Positions 24,290 through 35,615 of a stretch of 64,000 nt of DNA are shown here, one piece after another (positions within the stretch are counted from its first letter, which is position 1; each line of letters starts with the position of its first letter). The translations under genes were made by a program, and so were the position numbers. The notes beneath the pieces were generated by a model. That model searched no databases. It was given only the letters and a program-made list of their open reading frames with translations, and had not been told where the DNA came from. The DNA comes from Lepidodermella squamata (Eukaryota > Animalia > Gastrotricha). The stretch is taken from contig JBLDXI010000017.1 in NCBI GenBank assembly GCA_047495785.1, forward strand, positions 248,001 through 312,000, written 5' to 3'.

Positions 24290-27200
24290 TAATCATAAAA
24301 ATGCGTCAAAAAAATGTTTAGCGATAACGGTTAATCAAATTATCTATGTATTTTGAGAGTAATTTTTACTTAAATTCCTACGTCCAGGCCCAAGTTTTAA
24401 TCAACTCATATAGATTGCGGTGGATCCCGATGATCGCTGTCTTGTGATATTAAATTATCGGCTTATTCCTCTCTAATAACGGCGAATTTCACCGGGAATA
24501 ATGTGAAATGAAATTCGATAGCATGTGATTTGTTTGAAGAAATAGGGTGAAGACATGTTGAAATCCAGCTTCGATTTGATGGCCTCCGATCAGGCAAAGA
24601 TTTTATTCAATTATCTCTCATCAATTTGCCGAGCTAGCAGCACCTGCAAGCAGCTATACCTGTGAAACTGATTTTTTTCAAAAAATGAAATTAAACCGCC
24701 AGAATTATGTTGAGAAGTCCATCTCGGCTAATGCTCCGCGATGAATCTATTGGCTGTTTTCCGGAATCAAAGCGCCAATCAGCTGATAAAGCGCGTGTCC
24801 CATAGGCCGCGCAACCATTCTTCTAGTTTTGCACATTTATACAAGCAATCAATCTATTTTTCTAAAATCATCCTTCATCCGCGATTTCATCGGAGAAAAC
24901 CCGGAAAACCCGATGGGAACTGACTTGGTATTTCATAACGTGTTGGGTCGAATTCCTCTCGATTTTGTTTCATTCAAAATGAAAGGTTAAGTACTTTGAA
25001 GCTCCAAAGCAGCTGTTGAACTTGAAACGTAAAATTAGCTGAGATTGTCAAATTTTCAAATTCAATCCAGCCTGAACATATTGACAGCAAAACACGTGTC
25101 GTGGAATTTTCAGACATAGTAAAGCGGCGAAGAATACTCCGGTTAATTGAAATTCTCTCGCTTGGTTATTTTAAACCCACATGTACCTGTTTGAAATTTA
25201 AATCATGCATTGCAGCATCACTACCTGGGCTTGAACATAATAAAGCCGTCGATTAAAAGCGTATAATAAAGGACCGCCCGGGGATATGGGACATGGGAGT
25301 CAAATTTAAATCGCCTCAACATACTTATTTTCAACACGATTTATAATTTTGTGTAAAGAACAAGTAGATATTGGCCAATTCTTAGCTGATCATTTTCCAC
25401 TTGAAAATTCGATTGAAATTTATCCAATCATTGAAAGCAGACACGGAGAAGAGTAAAAAATGAGGATAATTTAACACCAAAACCAAAAAATTTTTGATTC
25501 CCACTATGGTGCGTTATTAAAAAATTCCTATGTATTCTAGATTTAGGTATTATTCTTATTTTCATTAAAAAATTCGTAATTTTTTTGTATTAGTATCGTA
25601 ATTTCTCATATAGGATCCAAAGGTTAGGATAATCTGAGTTTGATTGTCGAATTTCGGTTTTCGACAAGCAAACATAAATCAAGGTGTTGAATCTACAGAA
25701 TTTGCGGGATATTTCCGGTAAATTTTGATGGATTTCCAGACCATACCCAAATCGATAAATGAAAAAAAAACTGCCAGCAATAAATCTTGCGAGTAGCTTA
25801 TTTTTCGAAGAAGATATCGAATTTGATGATAATTGTCCCATGTGGCAAACGACAATTTCCAGCATTGCTGCCGGAGAGTTGTACAGATTTTGCGCTCGAA
25901 ATGAGCAATTTCAGAGGTGGAAAACCATTTCAAAAGAGGCTGCAAGTAAGGCGACTGTCCCTTCTATTGAACAGAGAAAATGTCAATTAAAAATTGCTCA
26001 AAGTCATAAAATAATGTATTTCCATTTCCGTTAACATTTTCTCAGTTCGAGCGACACGTCTGTTGATTTTCTATACTAATTTGGAGAATTAATTTATATT
26101 ATTATAGCGTGCCTGGCACTTATTTGCATGCAAAGGTGAGTAAAACAGGTGTGTAGAAAAAATAATCAAGCCTGCGCACAACCAAACTATTTAATTGGGC
26201 CACTGGTGAATTTTGATGCACATGTGCAGACGATCGCGCATTATCCATTCCCAAGATCAGTTGTTAACAATGTCAGGCAAAAAATCAGTTATTCCCGGCT
26301 ACATCTCACGGCCAGACACTTGTGACCAGCTCATTACATTCTGTTTTGTGCAATAAATTAAATAAGGTGTGATTTGTTGAAAAATGAGGGGAAGAGGCTT
26401 TGAAATGCGGCTTTTCAATTTGAGAATCTCTGACGGTGGACCTCAAGAAAAAATTGGAAGTAAGTCACCATCATTAAAAATGCAGTCATTTTTGTTAATC
26501 AGGACAGGCAAGTTATGATCCTGCGATCGTATGATCTTATTTGTACCAATTATCCCAGCAGATATTGATATTGGAAAGGTAAAATGAAAGATCCGAAATA
26601 AAACTTGGCCTTTTCTTCCAGGAAAAATCTTCAAAATAGCGCCAGCTGAAGCTCGCTATTACGCTCGTATCCCACTATACTCGACTAAAAACCGCCTGAA
26701 ATTCGGCTAAGAGCCCAAGTTTATGTAAAAATTGCAAGAAGCTATACGTTTATATACTTGAGTTATTATTTACAGGATATGCATTATTTAAAAAATGGAA
26801 AAAAATTGAGGGATATCTGATAATTTGAACACATTCTCCGTAATTCCCGACAACTTTTCTTACACTCAAAACGATAAAAATTGAAAATGTCGGTAGGGGT
26901 CGCAGCAGGGTAATTTTTTCGAATTTTGAACGGGCCACCAAGGGCGGTGAACCCAGTAGCAAGGCTTGAATTGAAAAAGTATGTAAAATGTACTTTCTTT
27001 AAAATTAAAATTAAAACTCAATTTAAAAATAAAGTAGACAAATCACCGATGGTTTCCTTTATTATTTCGTTAAAACGTGATAATGCAAGATTTGCGACAG
27101 TTCCCTGAAAAATTACGCGTGGAATTTGAAATGAACTTGAATTAATTGGATGAATTTGAATGCAGATAGACTAAAATCCGTGTGATATCCGCCCTGCGAT

Positions 27201-27404
27201 CAGTTGTTAAGCATGTCTGGTAGCAAATCAGATATTCCACGGCATGTCTCGCGCCCAGACTCTCGTGATCAGGTGTAACCAATTTGAGCTCATTAGAGCG
27301 GGTATAAATTGCGCGCAATTTTACCGCAAAACCAAAAGCATCCAACAGTTTCTCCTGATTTCGATTCGATCAACACCGTGAAGCTACAATCACCTGTTTT
27401 GAAA

Positions 27405-27683
27405 ATGTTCGGCAAGCTGTTTTTCGTCTGCGCCATTCTGGCTGTCGGCATCGTTGATTTGACCACAGCTCAAAATACCTGCGCCAATATCAGGCCTTCG
27501 ACCTGTCCCAATTTGAAATGCTGCACGTATTCCACCTATTTGGGGTAAATTTGATGTCTTGATTGTTGATTCCCTTGTAAATTTGCGATTCTTTAAAGCC
27601 TGGTGTCTGGTAATCCTTCCTCGGCAGATTTCCAGGCCTGCTGCATGTCATGGGGTTACTCATGCCCAAGTTGTACGGTCTAA
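27405..27683 (+). CDS. Small secreted 8-Cys peptide (family member C); exons 27405-27544, 27599-27683
   Basis: Signal peptide, then QNTCANIRPSTCPNLKCCTYSTYLG|LVSGNPSSADFQACCMSWGYSCPSCTV*; TATAAA at 27303; AATAAA near 27785. Confidence 0.8.
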
Positions 27684-28498
27684 TTGTTGAGCGACGATCG
27701 ACTGCTCCATCGGACTTACCAATTCAATATCATTCCTGAAAATCACAAATATATCCAATTATTAGTACCTATCATGCTATACCAAATAAACCTAATCTTT
27801 TTCGGGCTATTTCGCTTGACTTCTCCTTGACTTTTTCGTTATGGTATGGCGATAGAAAAAGCAAATCAGAACAGCCCGGAATTAAATATTGAGATCGACT
27901 GAGTTGAACCTGGATCCATTTTCAAAGAATTGCATAGAAAACTGCATTCTCAACGCGGCGGCGTTTATCATAGAACGAATAACATAATTCCGACCGGTTG
28001 CATTATTTCTTCGGTTAATAATTCGAAATAAGAACGTCGAAAACTTGGTGTCTTTCAAGACGTCCGCGAGACGAGGGTTGATTATATTATTGAGGAGCCC
28101 TAAAATTTCGCCGGGACAGGGTTTGGAATTTTTGTGAATTTTTGTTTGAATAAAGCGATGAAATTAAGTTCGAAACATTAACCCTAATCGATGTTAAATT
28201 TAAGCAGATTGAGGTATCAAATAATCTACAAATCAAATGTCTGGCCCCAATTTTTCCCAGCATGGACAATTCTAGAACATAACAGTTACAAGCATTCTCG
28301 GGAAGGGTACTATTTTGAACAACGAAGACTGGCGAGGAATTGATGTCTTACTAAATGAGAAAAATTGATGGCTTAATTTGTCTAGCCGCATGATAGGAAA
28401 TTAGCTTAATGTCATGAGATTAACTGAATTGTAGCCTATATTAAGATGAGCTGTTTCAAGGGAGAATAACACTTTTTACATCTAACCGAAAATTAGCC

Positions 28499-29216
28499 AT
28501 GTTAATTACCATAGCTCTGTTTGCCGGGTTGTTTGGAGCAGTTCAGCTTTCAGAAGTTTCAAACTGCTCTTATATGTTTGCTTTCGAAGAAAGGGACATT
28601 TGCAGGAACTATACAGTAGGCTCTACTGCGAGAGGTTTTTATAACTGCTGCAGCTACGAGGGATTCAATTTGTAAGTGAATTGTTAAAGCACTTGCTCAC
28701 ACTCTTAGATCTGGAGTTTTCATTACAACTACAACATCTTTCGCTAGTTTATAAAATTTGAATTCATGGTTTAGTTTACACCCTTATCTGACGAGTGCAA
28801 TTTTGGCGGATGCGAAAATGTTTAATTAATATTTCAGGGCTCTGCGTCGAGTGTATTACCGCCCGCCAGTAAAACCGGAAGACTTCCAGTCCTGCTGCCA
28901 AAACTTGAACCTCGGCTGTCCAGAATGCACAGTGCCTGTATCCGAATACGCGTCAACGACTACAACCGCAGCAACAACTCCCGCTCCAGAACCTGATGTA
29001 TACCAAGGGCTATGCCCTTTGCACATCAGGCCTTCCAGCTGCCCCAAAGGCTTTTGCTGCAAATATTCCACATATCTAGCGTAAAATACGGAAGTATATC
29101 TCTGCTGAATTCTCTTATTTTATTTTAAAAGGCTTATGTCTTCGGACCCTGGCAAGTCGCAATTTCAAGGGTGCTGCAAATCATGGCGTTACGGATGTAC
29201 TTCATGTACCGTTTAG
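28499..29216 (+). CDS. Secreted two-domain Cys-rich protein (family member D); exons 28499-28671, 28838-29080, 29132-29216
   Basis: Signal MLITIALFAGLFGAVQLS; domain 1 ...YNCCSYEGFNL|ALRR...FQSCCQNLNLGCPECTV; Thr/Pro linker; domain 2 CPLHIRPSSCPKGFCCKYSTYLA|LMSSDPGKSQFQGCCKSWRYGCTSCTV*. Confidence 0.8.
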
Positions 29217-30099
29217 TGACTTATCCAAGCTGGCTAACTCCGATGCACACAACTTCAAATAAAACTTCTGCATTCAGGTGATGATCATTTTCTGCTTGGA
29301 TATCAAAGGCATGAGTACTTAACGCCTTCTGGCTGTTAGCCCCGATAAAAGCAAGAATAAAGCAAGAACTTGGAGCTTGTTCTTCGGTTTTCCGGTTTAT
29401 TCTTGCGGTGAAATAAGACACAATTTCGTTGGTCATATCGTCAATAAGAGATTGAAGTTGTGAAAATAATGGCGCAACTGTTATCGATGCTCACCAAGGA
29501 ATCGATCAGGTAAAGAAGGACAGCCTGTTACCTGTTAACCCTTTCGCGGCGGGAAGGACGATTTCGGAATTTCGGCTTTGCTAGCTCCGAGGTCATGATC
29601 TGAGGTCAGTAAAATAGCCAATTATTCCGTCTCCGTTGGCAAAGCACTACTCGGATTTCGCCTACAAGAATGTCAATTTAACGACGATGAGCGATTTTTT
29701 AGAGCTTCACGTCCAACTTCGGCCTAATGCACTCTAACATGAAATTTCATGAATAATAATGCAATAGTCTAGTATATTTTGCCATCTTTATTGATAATTT
29801 CGTGGCATCTAAAGCGTTTGGTTATAAGTGAACGATTTCCTCGTTGTCAGACATCCCGGAGTGCTAACATGCACTACTTAGCAACATTGTCGGACAACAG
29901 TTTGCGAATCTAAATAAAGATGATAGCCTTTTTCTTAAACAAGATAGAAACTTGAATACATGTCACATAAGTTGTTTTCTCTGAAATTTTTGAAACGAAT
30001 CAAGTAAATCGACGCCCTCTGTCATTCCGCAAATATGACCCTTTTGAGCTAATATAACTTTTCATCAGCATTTATACAAGAGAAGCTAGCCCTTCAGCC

Positions 30100-30579
30100 A
30101 TGAATTCTTCTATATTGTTCGGAGTCATGTGCTCAATGATCATCATGCTATCAACTCTATTAGTCGCTGGAGCTGAATTCATTTCGCCGCCTAATTCAAA
30201 TAATGGGCGATCGAATCGAAAATCGAGGACTTCTTATACAGAACTTCGTTAGTTTCAATCCCAATATTGCCCTAATATTTTTGAAACAAAGGTTTCAGGT
30301 CAAGTATTCGAACAATCTAAGCTGGAAGAAAGACCAGGTGATTTCATTAATCTTGCAAACAAGTTCGCTCTGATAATGCGTAAAAAGCTGCAACAAAATC
30401 GCCGAAAAGCTCTCGAAAAATGCTTCGCCAGTTTCGGCGTTCAAGGTGCGAAAACCGTTGCCTTACTCGAGCGAATCTGCTTCGGAATGCTGGCAAAGAA
30501 AGTGGCTGCTGAAAGCCTCGATATGCCCAAAGTGTTGAGTCAGATCAAATCTTTGGCGAGAAGAAGGAGAAACAAGTAG
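30100..30579 (+). CDS. Secreted prohormone-like protein 1; exons 30100-30247, 30299-30579
   Basis: Signal peptide MNSSILFGVMCSMIIMLSTLLVAG; phase-1 intron; RRK-ALEKCFASFGVQGAKTVALLERICFGMLA-KK. Confidence 0.65.
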
Positions 30580-31064
30580 TAACCGAGCAGAAAACTGTGT
30601 TAGCTGACGAAGCCGCGTACTTATACTCTGTTCTCATGATACTTATCTTTTTCGATATACATATTCCTTTTATAGTATGGCATGGCCTATTGTCCCAAGT
30701 CTTGAATTGCAGCGGAAGAGTTTCAAGCAGCAAAGTTCGGCCCATAATTGTGTACTAACTATTCCCCAGGTGGCATTGTAAATCACACATAGGCCGATAA
30801 ATGAGAAAGGACCGTTGTGTTCACCCCGCAAGCCCAGATTAATTAAATCCAAACGCCTCCTTGCTTTAGCTGCTGATTCATCCTCTGATCTAGGCGCAGA
30901 AGCAATAACAAGTTTCAGGAAGGAAGTCGATTTTTTGACACTTAAAACACCTGATCTGCTAAAATTATGAGTCAGAAATTAATTTTAGGCCCGCTGGACG
31001 GTACCTGATAAGGAAGCTAGGTTTCGCTGAGTACTGAGTATAAACTTTGGAAATTACAATAATC

Positions 31065-31514
31065 ATGAAGGCAGAAACTGTTCGAAGACTTTCTATCTCA
31101 ACTCTGGTTATTTCGGCTTTCACCTTGGGTAGCACAGCCGCTGATCAGGATCCAAATACTATTGATTCTCGTATATTTCGAGTCAAATTTTTTACTGTTT
31201 TTTAGTTAATTTTGCTGTTTTTAGGGCTAAAGCTTGAGCAACTGGTTGCGAAAAGCCAAAAAGATGCAGCAGCTATCTCTCGAATGCTGACCAGAGTGCT
31301 TCAAGACTACTTGGTCGAGAAACAGCGACGCAGCTTGGAGCAGTGCTTCCAGCACTTCGGCGGTGAAATAGCGAAAACTATCAAAATTATCACCAGAATT
31401 TGCCAAACTTTGCACGCCAGAGACCCAAGGCGAATCAGCGTTGATCAGCAATTCATCGCTACGAAAGTTGCGTTGAACAGGGCGGCATCTAAAAAGTTCT
31501 TCGACCTCGGGTAA
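31065..31514 (+). CDS. Secreted prohormone-like protein 2 (paralog); exons 31065-31170, 31225-31514
   Basis: Signal-like N-terminus; phase-1 intron; RR-SLEQCFQHFGGEIAKTIKIITRICQTLHARDP-RR; ends KKFFDLG*; AATAAA near 31551. Confidence 0.65.
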
Positions 31515-31851
31515 ATCTTCTAACCAATTTTAGTGGCAACATTTTTCGGAAATAAAATAGAACATTTTCCCCCATATTTGATTATTTCCAATTTTCAAAA
31601 TTCACACGTTGTCTAAAACCAGCAATCAGCAAGACATGTTTACATCTAATTTTTTCCATATAACGGATGTTTCAATTTAATTTAGAAAAGTGCAGCTTTG
31701 TACGATCTAGAAGCAGGCGTTTTCATCTAAGCTAATGGTCCTGAGCTTCTGGGCGAAATCACAGTTCCATAGCGTCTGAAAAGACATATTCAATTAGTTC
31801 AATACCTTAACTTGAAGAGGTCGACACTTTTATTTCCCAATTATTCAAGAA

Positions 31852-33966
31852 ATGAGCAGCTTAATCCAAGTTGTGGCCTCGGTCCTGTGGAGCGTTGGTG
31901 GGACTATCGCCGTCAAGAAGTTTAGCTTGGAGATGCTAGCAATGATACCGTTCGATGATCTAACTTGCCTGGAGTCGATCACTCGAGTGGCAAATAAAAT
32001 AAACACTCAAACAGATGTCCTGCATGATTATCACATAACCCTTCGTATTCGAGATGAAGGTGCCAACAGCTATTATGGACCATCGAATTTGATTTCGTTC
32101 GTCAATGCATGTAAAAGCAACAGATCAGAGCCCAACTTCCCTAGTCCGGTGACTTTTGGTCCGCAATCGAATTGTCAAGCGATAATTCCCATTTTGAAGT
32201 CAGAAGGACTTACTAGTTACTCATCGGGGTGCGAAAATGTCCCATTTAATAAAATTGGTTCTCCAGTCCAAAGGATTATTTCTGCTGAGCAGATTTCGAT
32301 GTCAAGCTTGATTTTCGCGAAATACTTTGGGCGCTGGAATGAAATCGCCATTGTCTCCAGCTCCAATGATCGGAATAACTTCCATCAAGGCAAATTTATC
32401 TATGAAAAAGCTATGGAGAAAGGCTTCGGAGTTCCATTTTACTCCTCCAATGCGAATCTGGATTCGAATCAAATGCTGGATCTTCAAAACAGCGGAGCTC
32501 GTTTTGTCATATTAAGCTATGGAATCACAGTTGAAGAAACTATTCGATTCCTATGTTCGGCGTCCGATTTTGGTATCAAATCTCCTCGTTTCGTTTTTGG
32601 TATCTACATGGCACCGTTCGACCCTTACGATCTATCAATTCCGGTGCCGAAGGGTTGTAGCAGGAATGTCCTGAAAGAGCAAATCAACGTGTCGTACTGG
32701 TTCGATACTGGCTATCCAATCAATCTTGGCAATCAAAGATGTGAAGAGTCTTTCTTATCTGCTGTCAATGCTCTCGACTCAAGCGAATCTATTCTCTGGA
32801 AGATGTTTGGCTTATCCTTGAAGGATTGGAAGTTGTATCCAGAGATCATATCCCAAGTTGTGAGAAACGCGAGTTCATCCCGAAGCCGGAGAGAATACGT
32901 TTTCATCATGCAAAGGATAAACGGTACTGCAAAAGCTGTTTACAAGGTGAAAGTGCCATTTCAAGATATTGAAAATCCGGATAACTACAAACTCTTCGCG
33001 ATTTCAAAACCAATCTGGTTCACAAAATCTGGCTCACCCCCAAAAGATCGCAAAGCTGTATCTCACCGAGAAGACCGATTTGCTCTCGCAATCTATGTCG
33101 TAATTCTTTGCTTAGCTGGTTGCGTCGCGATGTGGCTGATAGTCCTAACCCCCTTAACCTTGTCAAAAGAGGGCAAAAACAGTTTTGAGAATTTTGCAAC
33201 TATCATCAGCTGTTCAATCGCTGCAGTTGCTAGCATTGTCCTAGCAACGGAGGCTGCCTATCCTAATTTGACCAGTCTATGTAAAATCCGCCCTGTTCTA
33301 GCTACAATCGCCGTCACATCAATGAATTTATCAACTGTCATTCGATGCGCTATTCCGAATAGAATGGCAAGGACTTTGGCAAAGTTTAAAGACTTGTTTC
33401 GATGGAGCTCGACGAAAAGGCGGCAGTTGATGCGACATTACAGACGGAAAGAGCTGATTTTGATGGGATTTTATGCCGGGTTAGTCCTATTAGTAGTTAC
33501 GGCTTGTCTAATAACCTGGTTGTTAACTCATCCATTCCGTGTGTCTAGTGTTGTATCTCCAATAACGTTTGATGAGGAAGAAGGGGTTTTCTTTGATACG
33601 AATCAGCTATTTTGCTCAAGTGAAAAGGAGTCCAGCTGGCTGATGGCTTTGGTTGTGCTGAACACACTTTTATTAGTCGCAGCTGGTGTAAATTCTTATA
33701 AGACTGTTGTTATCCCGGTTTCTTCGGATTTTGTCTTCGAAATTCGCCTCGCAAGGCTTTCCTATATCAGCTCGGCTGCAATTTGCGCTGCAGCTCTCTT
33801 GTTTTCACTTATACTTCAATTTTTCAGCAACCCTTCTCACGGCCAAATTGCGATAATCTGCATTGGACTAGTTGTTTTGTCTCTTGTAAACAGTTTGATC
33901 GTTTTAACGTCACTTTGGAAGCCCAAAGTCGAAAAAGAAAGTGCAAGACCGTCATTATCAGCGTGA
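31852..33966 (+). CDS. Intronless divergent class C (GABA-B-like) GPCR
   Basis: 704-aa ORF: flytrap-like ectodomain (VLHDYHITL, FGRWNEIAIV, GARFVIL), W...PPKDR linker, no Cys-rich domain, seven TMs with LCKIR and FEIRLA motifs. Confidence 0.75.
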   Translation: MSSLIQVVASVLWSVGGTIAVKKFSLEMLAMIPFDDLTCLESITRVANKINTQTDVLHDYHITLRIRDEGANSYYGPSNLISFVNACKSNRSEPNFPSPVTFGPQSNCQAIIPILKSEGLTSYSSGCENVPFNKIGSPVQRIISAEQISMSSLIFAKYFGRWNEIAIVSSSNDRNNFHQGKFIYEKAMEKGFGVPFYSSNANLDSNQMLDLQNSGARFVILSYGITVEETIRFLCSASDFGIKSPRFVFGIYMAPFDPYDLSIPVPKGCSRNVLKEQINVSYWFDTGYPINLGNQRCEESFLSAVNALDSSESILWKMFGLSLKDWKLYPEIISQVVRNASSSRSRREYVFIMQRINGTAKAVYKVKVPFQDIENPDNYKLFAISKPIWFTKSGSPPKDRKAVSHREDRFALAIYVVILCLAGCVAMWLIVLTPLTLSKEGKNSFENFATIISCSIAAVASIVLATEAAYPNLTSLCKIRPVLATIAVTSMNLSTVIRCAIPNRMARTLAKFKDLFRWSSTKRRQLMRHYRRKELILMGFYAGLVLLVVTACLITWLLTHPFRVSSVVSPITFDEEEGVFFDTNQLFCSSEKESSWLMALVVLNTLLLVAAGVNSYKTVVIPVSSDFVFEIRLARLSYISSAAICAAALLFSLILQFFSNPSHGQIAIICIGLVVLSLVNSLIVLTSLWKPKVEKESARPSLSA

Positions 33967-34446
33967 AAAACAGTCGCTCGTAGTCTTTATTAACTTCTTT
34001 CATCTCAATATACGGATGTAAATAGTAATATAAACAAATCTTTATACATAAGATGTTAAAATTTCATCATAAAAAAAGACAAATAAAATGGTTAGTATAA
34101 ATCATCGATTTTTTTCTTCTCTACACAACGAAAATTATAAAGTATCATCATTCATCTACTTTGTTTTGATTTTTTTGTTTAGAGGTTAATTTTTTTATTG
34201 GTTAATTTCTATAACCATCAATTTAGCACAAACAATTTCCGACGAGATGAGTGTTTCATATTATGTTACATGACAACCTTCCGCGCGAAGCGTCCTTAGT
34301 TACCGCGGAAACTCACGCCGTTGCTAAGGAGTTGAAGTGTATAAGTAATTATAAAATAAACAGGCTAGATTTTTCCGCCGTTACTTATAATAAGAGTAGA
34401 GAGTTTGGCACACTGATGATCAATTAGGGGATGATTAGACGCGTGG

Positions 34447-35615
34447 TTACCTGCTCCATAACAACAGACTTAGGACTAATGAGAATATCGGACTGATAGC
34501 CACTCGAGTAGGCGATCCGGAGTCAGCAACTTGCTCACTTTTCCGCGACTTCTTGTGATAAGTCTGCGAGGCCCAAACAGCTTGTTCCGCCTCAAGTTCT
34601 TGTTGAGCTTTTTGGTCTTTCTGGGTCAGAGAAATTTGTTGTTGGTTGCTCACATAGGAATTTGACGAACGTCCGGATGAAGACGACGGGGAATTGTGTT
34701 CACGACGTGATTTCGCGTCAACATTGCTTACTACAATAGTCGGAGCAGCCGCGTAAGTTACCGGCTGCTTCGCGGGTTTATGCCCGGTAGCAGCGAGTTG
34801 TTGCTGCTGCTCAGCGATTACGTAATACGGCGCATCTTTCACCCGCATTTCAATCTCAGCATCGCTCAGGTTTTTCACGGTCCGGAAACAGAACCGATGA
34901 CATGCTCGGTACGTAGCAAAGTCGTTAAGGAGGCTGCGTGCTTCTGAGGCGACATCAACGCTGTTCAGCTCTAGGTTGTAAGCCTCGCAGTTACGCATGG
35001 ATGCGTTGAAGAACCAACGCTCAACTGTGACTCGATCTTCGCGTGCGACAGGTGGTTTCAGGAAGCAAATATGTGATGACCGGCTTTGGCTACCTGTAAA
35101 TAGAAAATCACGAATTTTTAGAAATGTTTCAAATCCCGAGGAGCTAAATCCGCAGAATCTAGACTTTCTGAATCTAGGTCAAATTTTGATTGCAAATTCA
35201 AATCGTGGCTTGCTAAATGCTGAAAGCTGAATTTTTCCCCTGTGAGGCCCCTTTTAGAATTTTCCTTAAAGGGCTCATCAATAAGACCTTTAATAATGTC
35301 CTTACTTTTAGAGCCTAGATTCTATAGGAGCCTTAATTAAGTCTCTTAGCTATAAGCATTACCTGAGTAAGACGCGTCGGACGCTGAGGAAGATAGAGGA
35401 TTGACGATAAGGATGGTGAGTATAAAAGTGAGAGATAGTAAGGTGGGCCGAATCCGGCTTTCAAAATGCCGAGCCGTTGGTCGATTGTGGTGATTGCTGA
35501 CTTCCATATTGCAACTTTCAAAGCAGCTTGATTGAGAATTCCTCGCTGGCCTGCGACGGATGTAACCCATAGGCGACTCTTGGGCCTCGCGAGGCACAAG
35601 CAATACAGGTTTCAT
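34447..35615 (-). CDS. Kunitz/BPTI-like domain protein with putative GPI anchor; exons 35615 (or a downstream Met)-35363, 35093-34447
   Basis: Spliced: hydrophobic signal TLLSLTFILTILIV, then ICFLKP...ERWFFNASMRNCEAY...NDFATYRACHRFC, Ser/Gln stalk, hydrophobic tail ISPIFSLVLSLLLWSR*. Confidence 0.7.

Noticed and set aside
29535-29560. TTAA-CCCTTT piggyBac-like left end
   Set aside because: No matching right end found in the window
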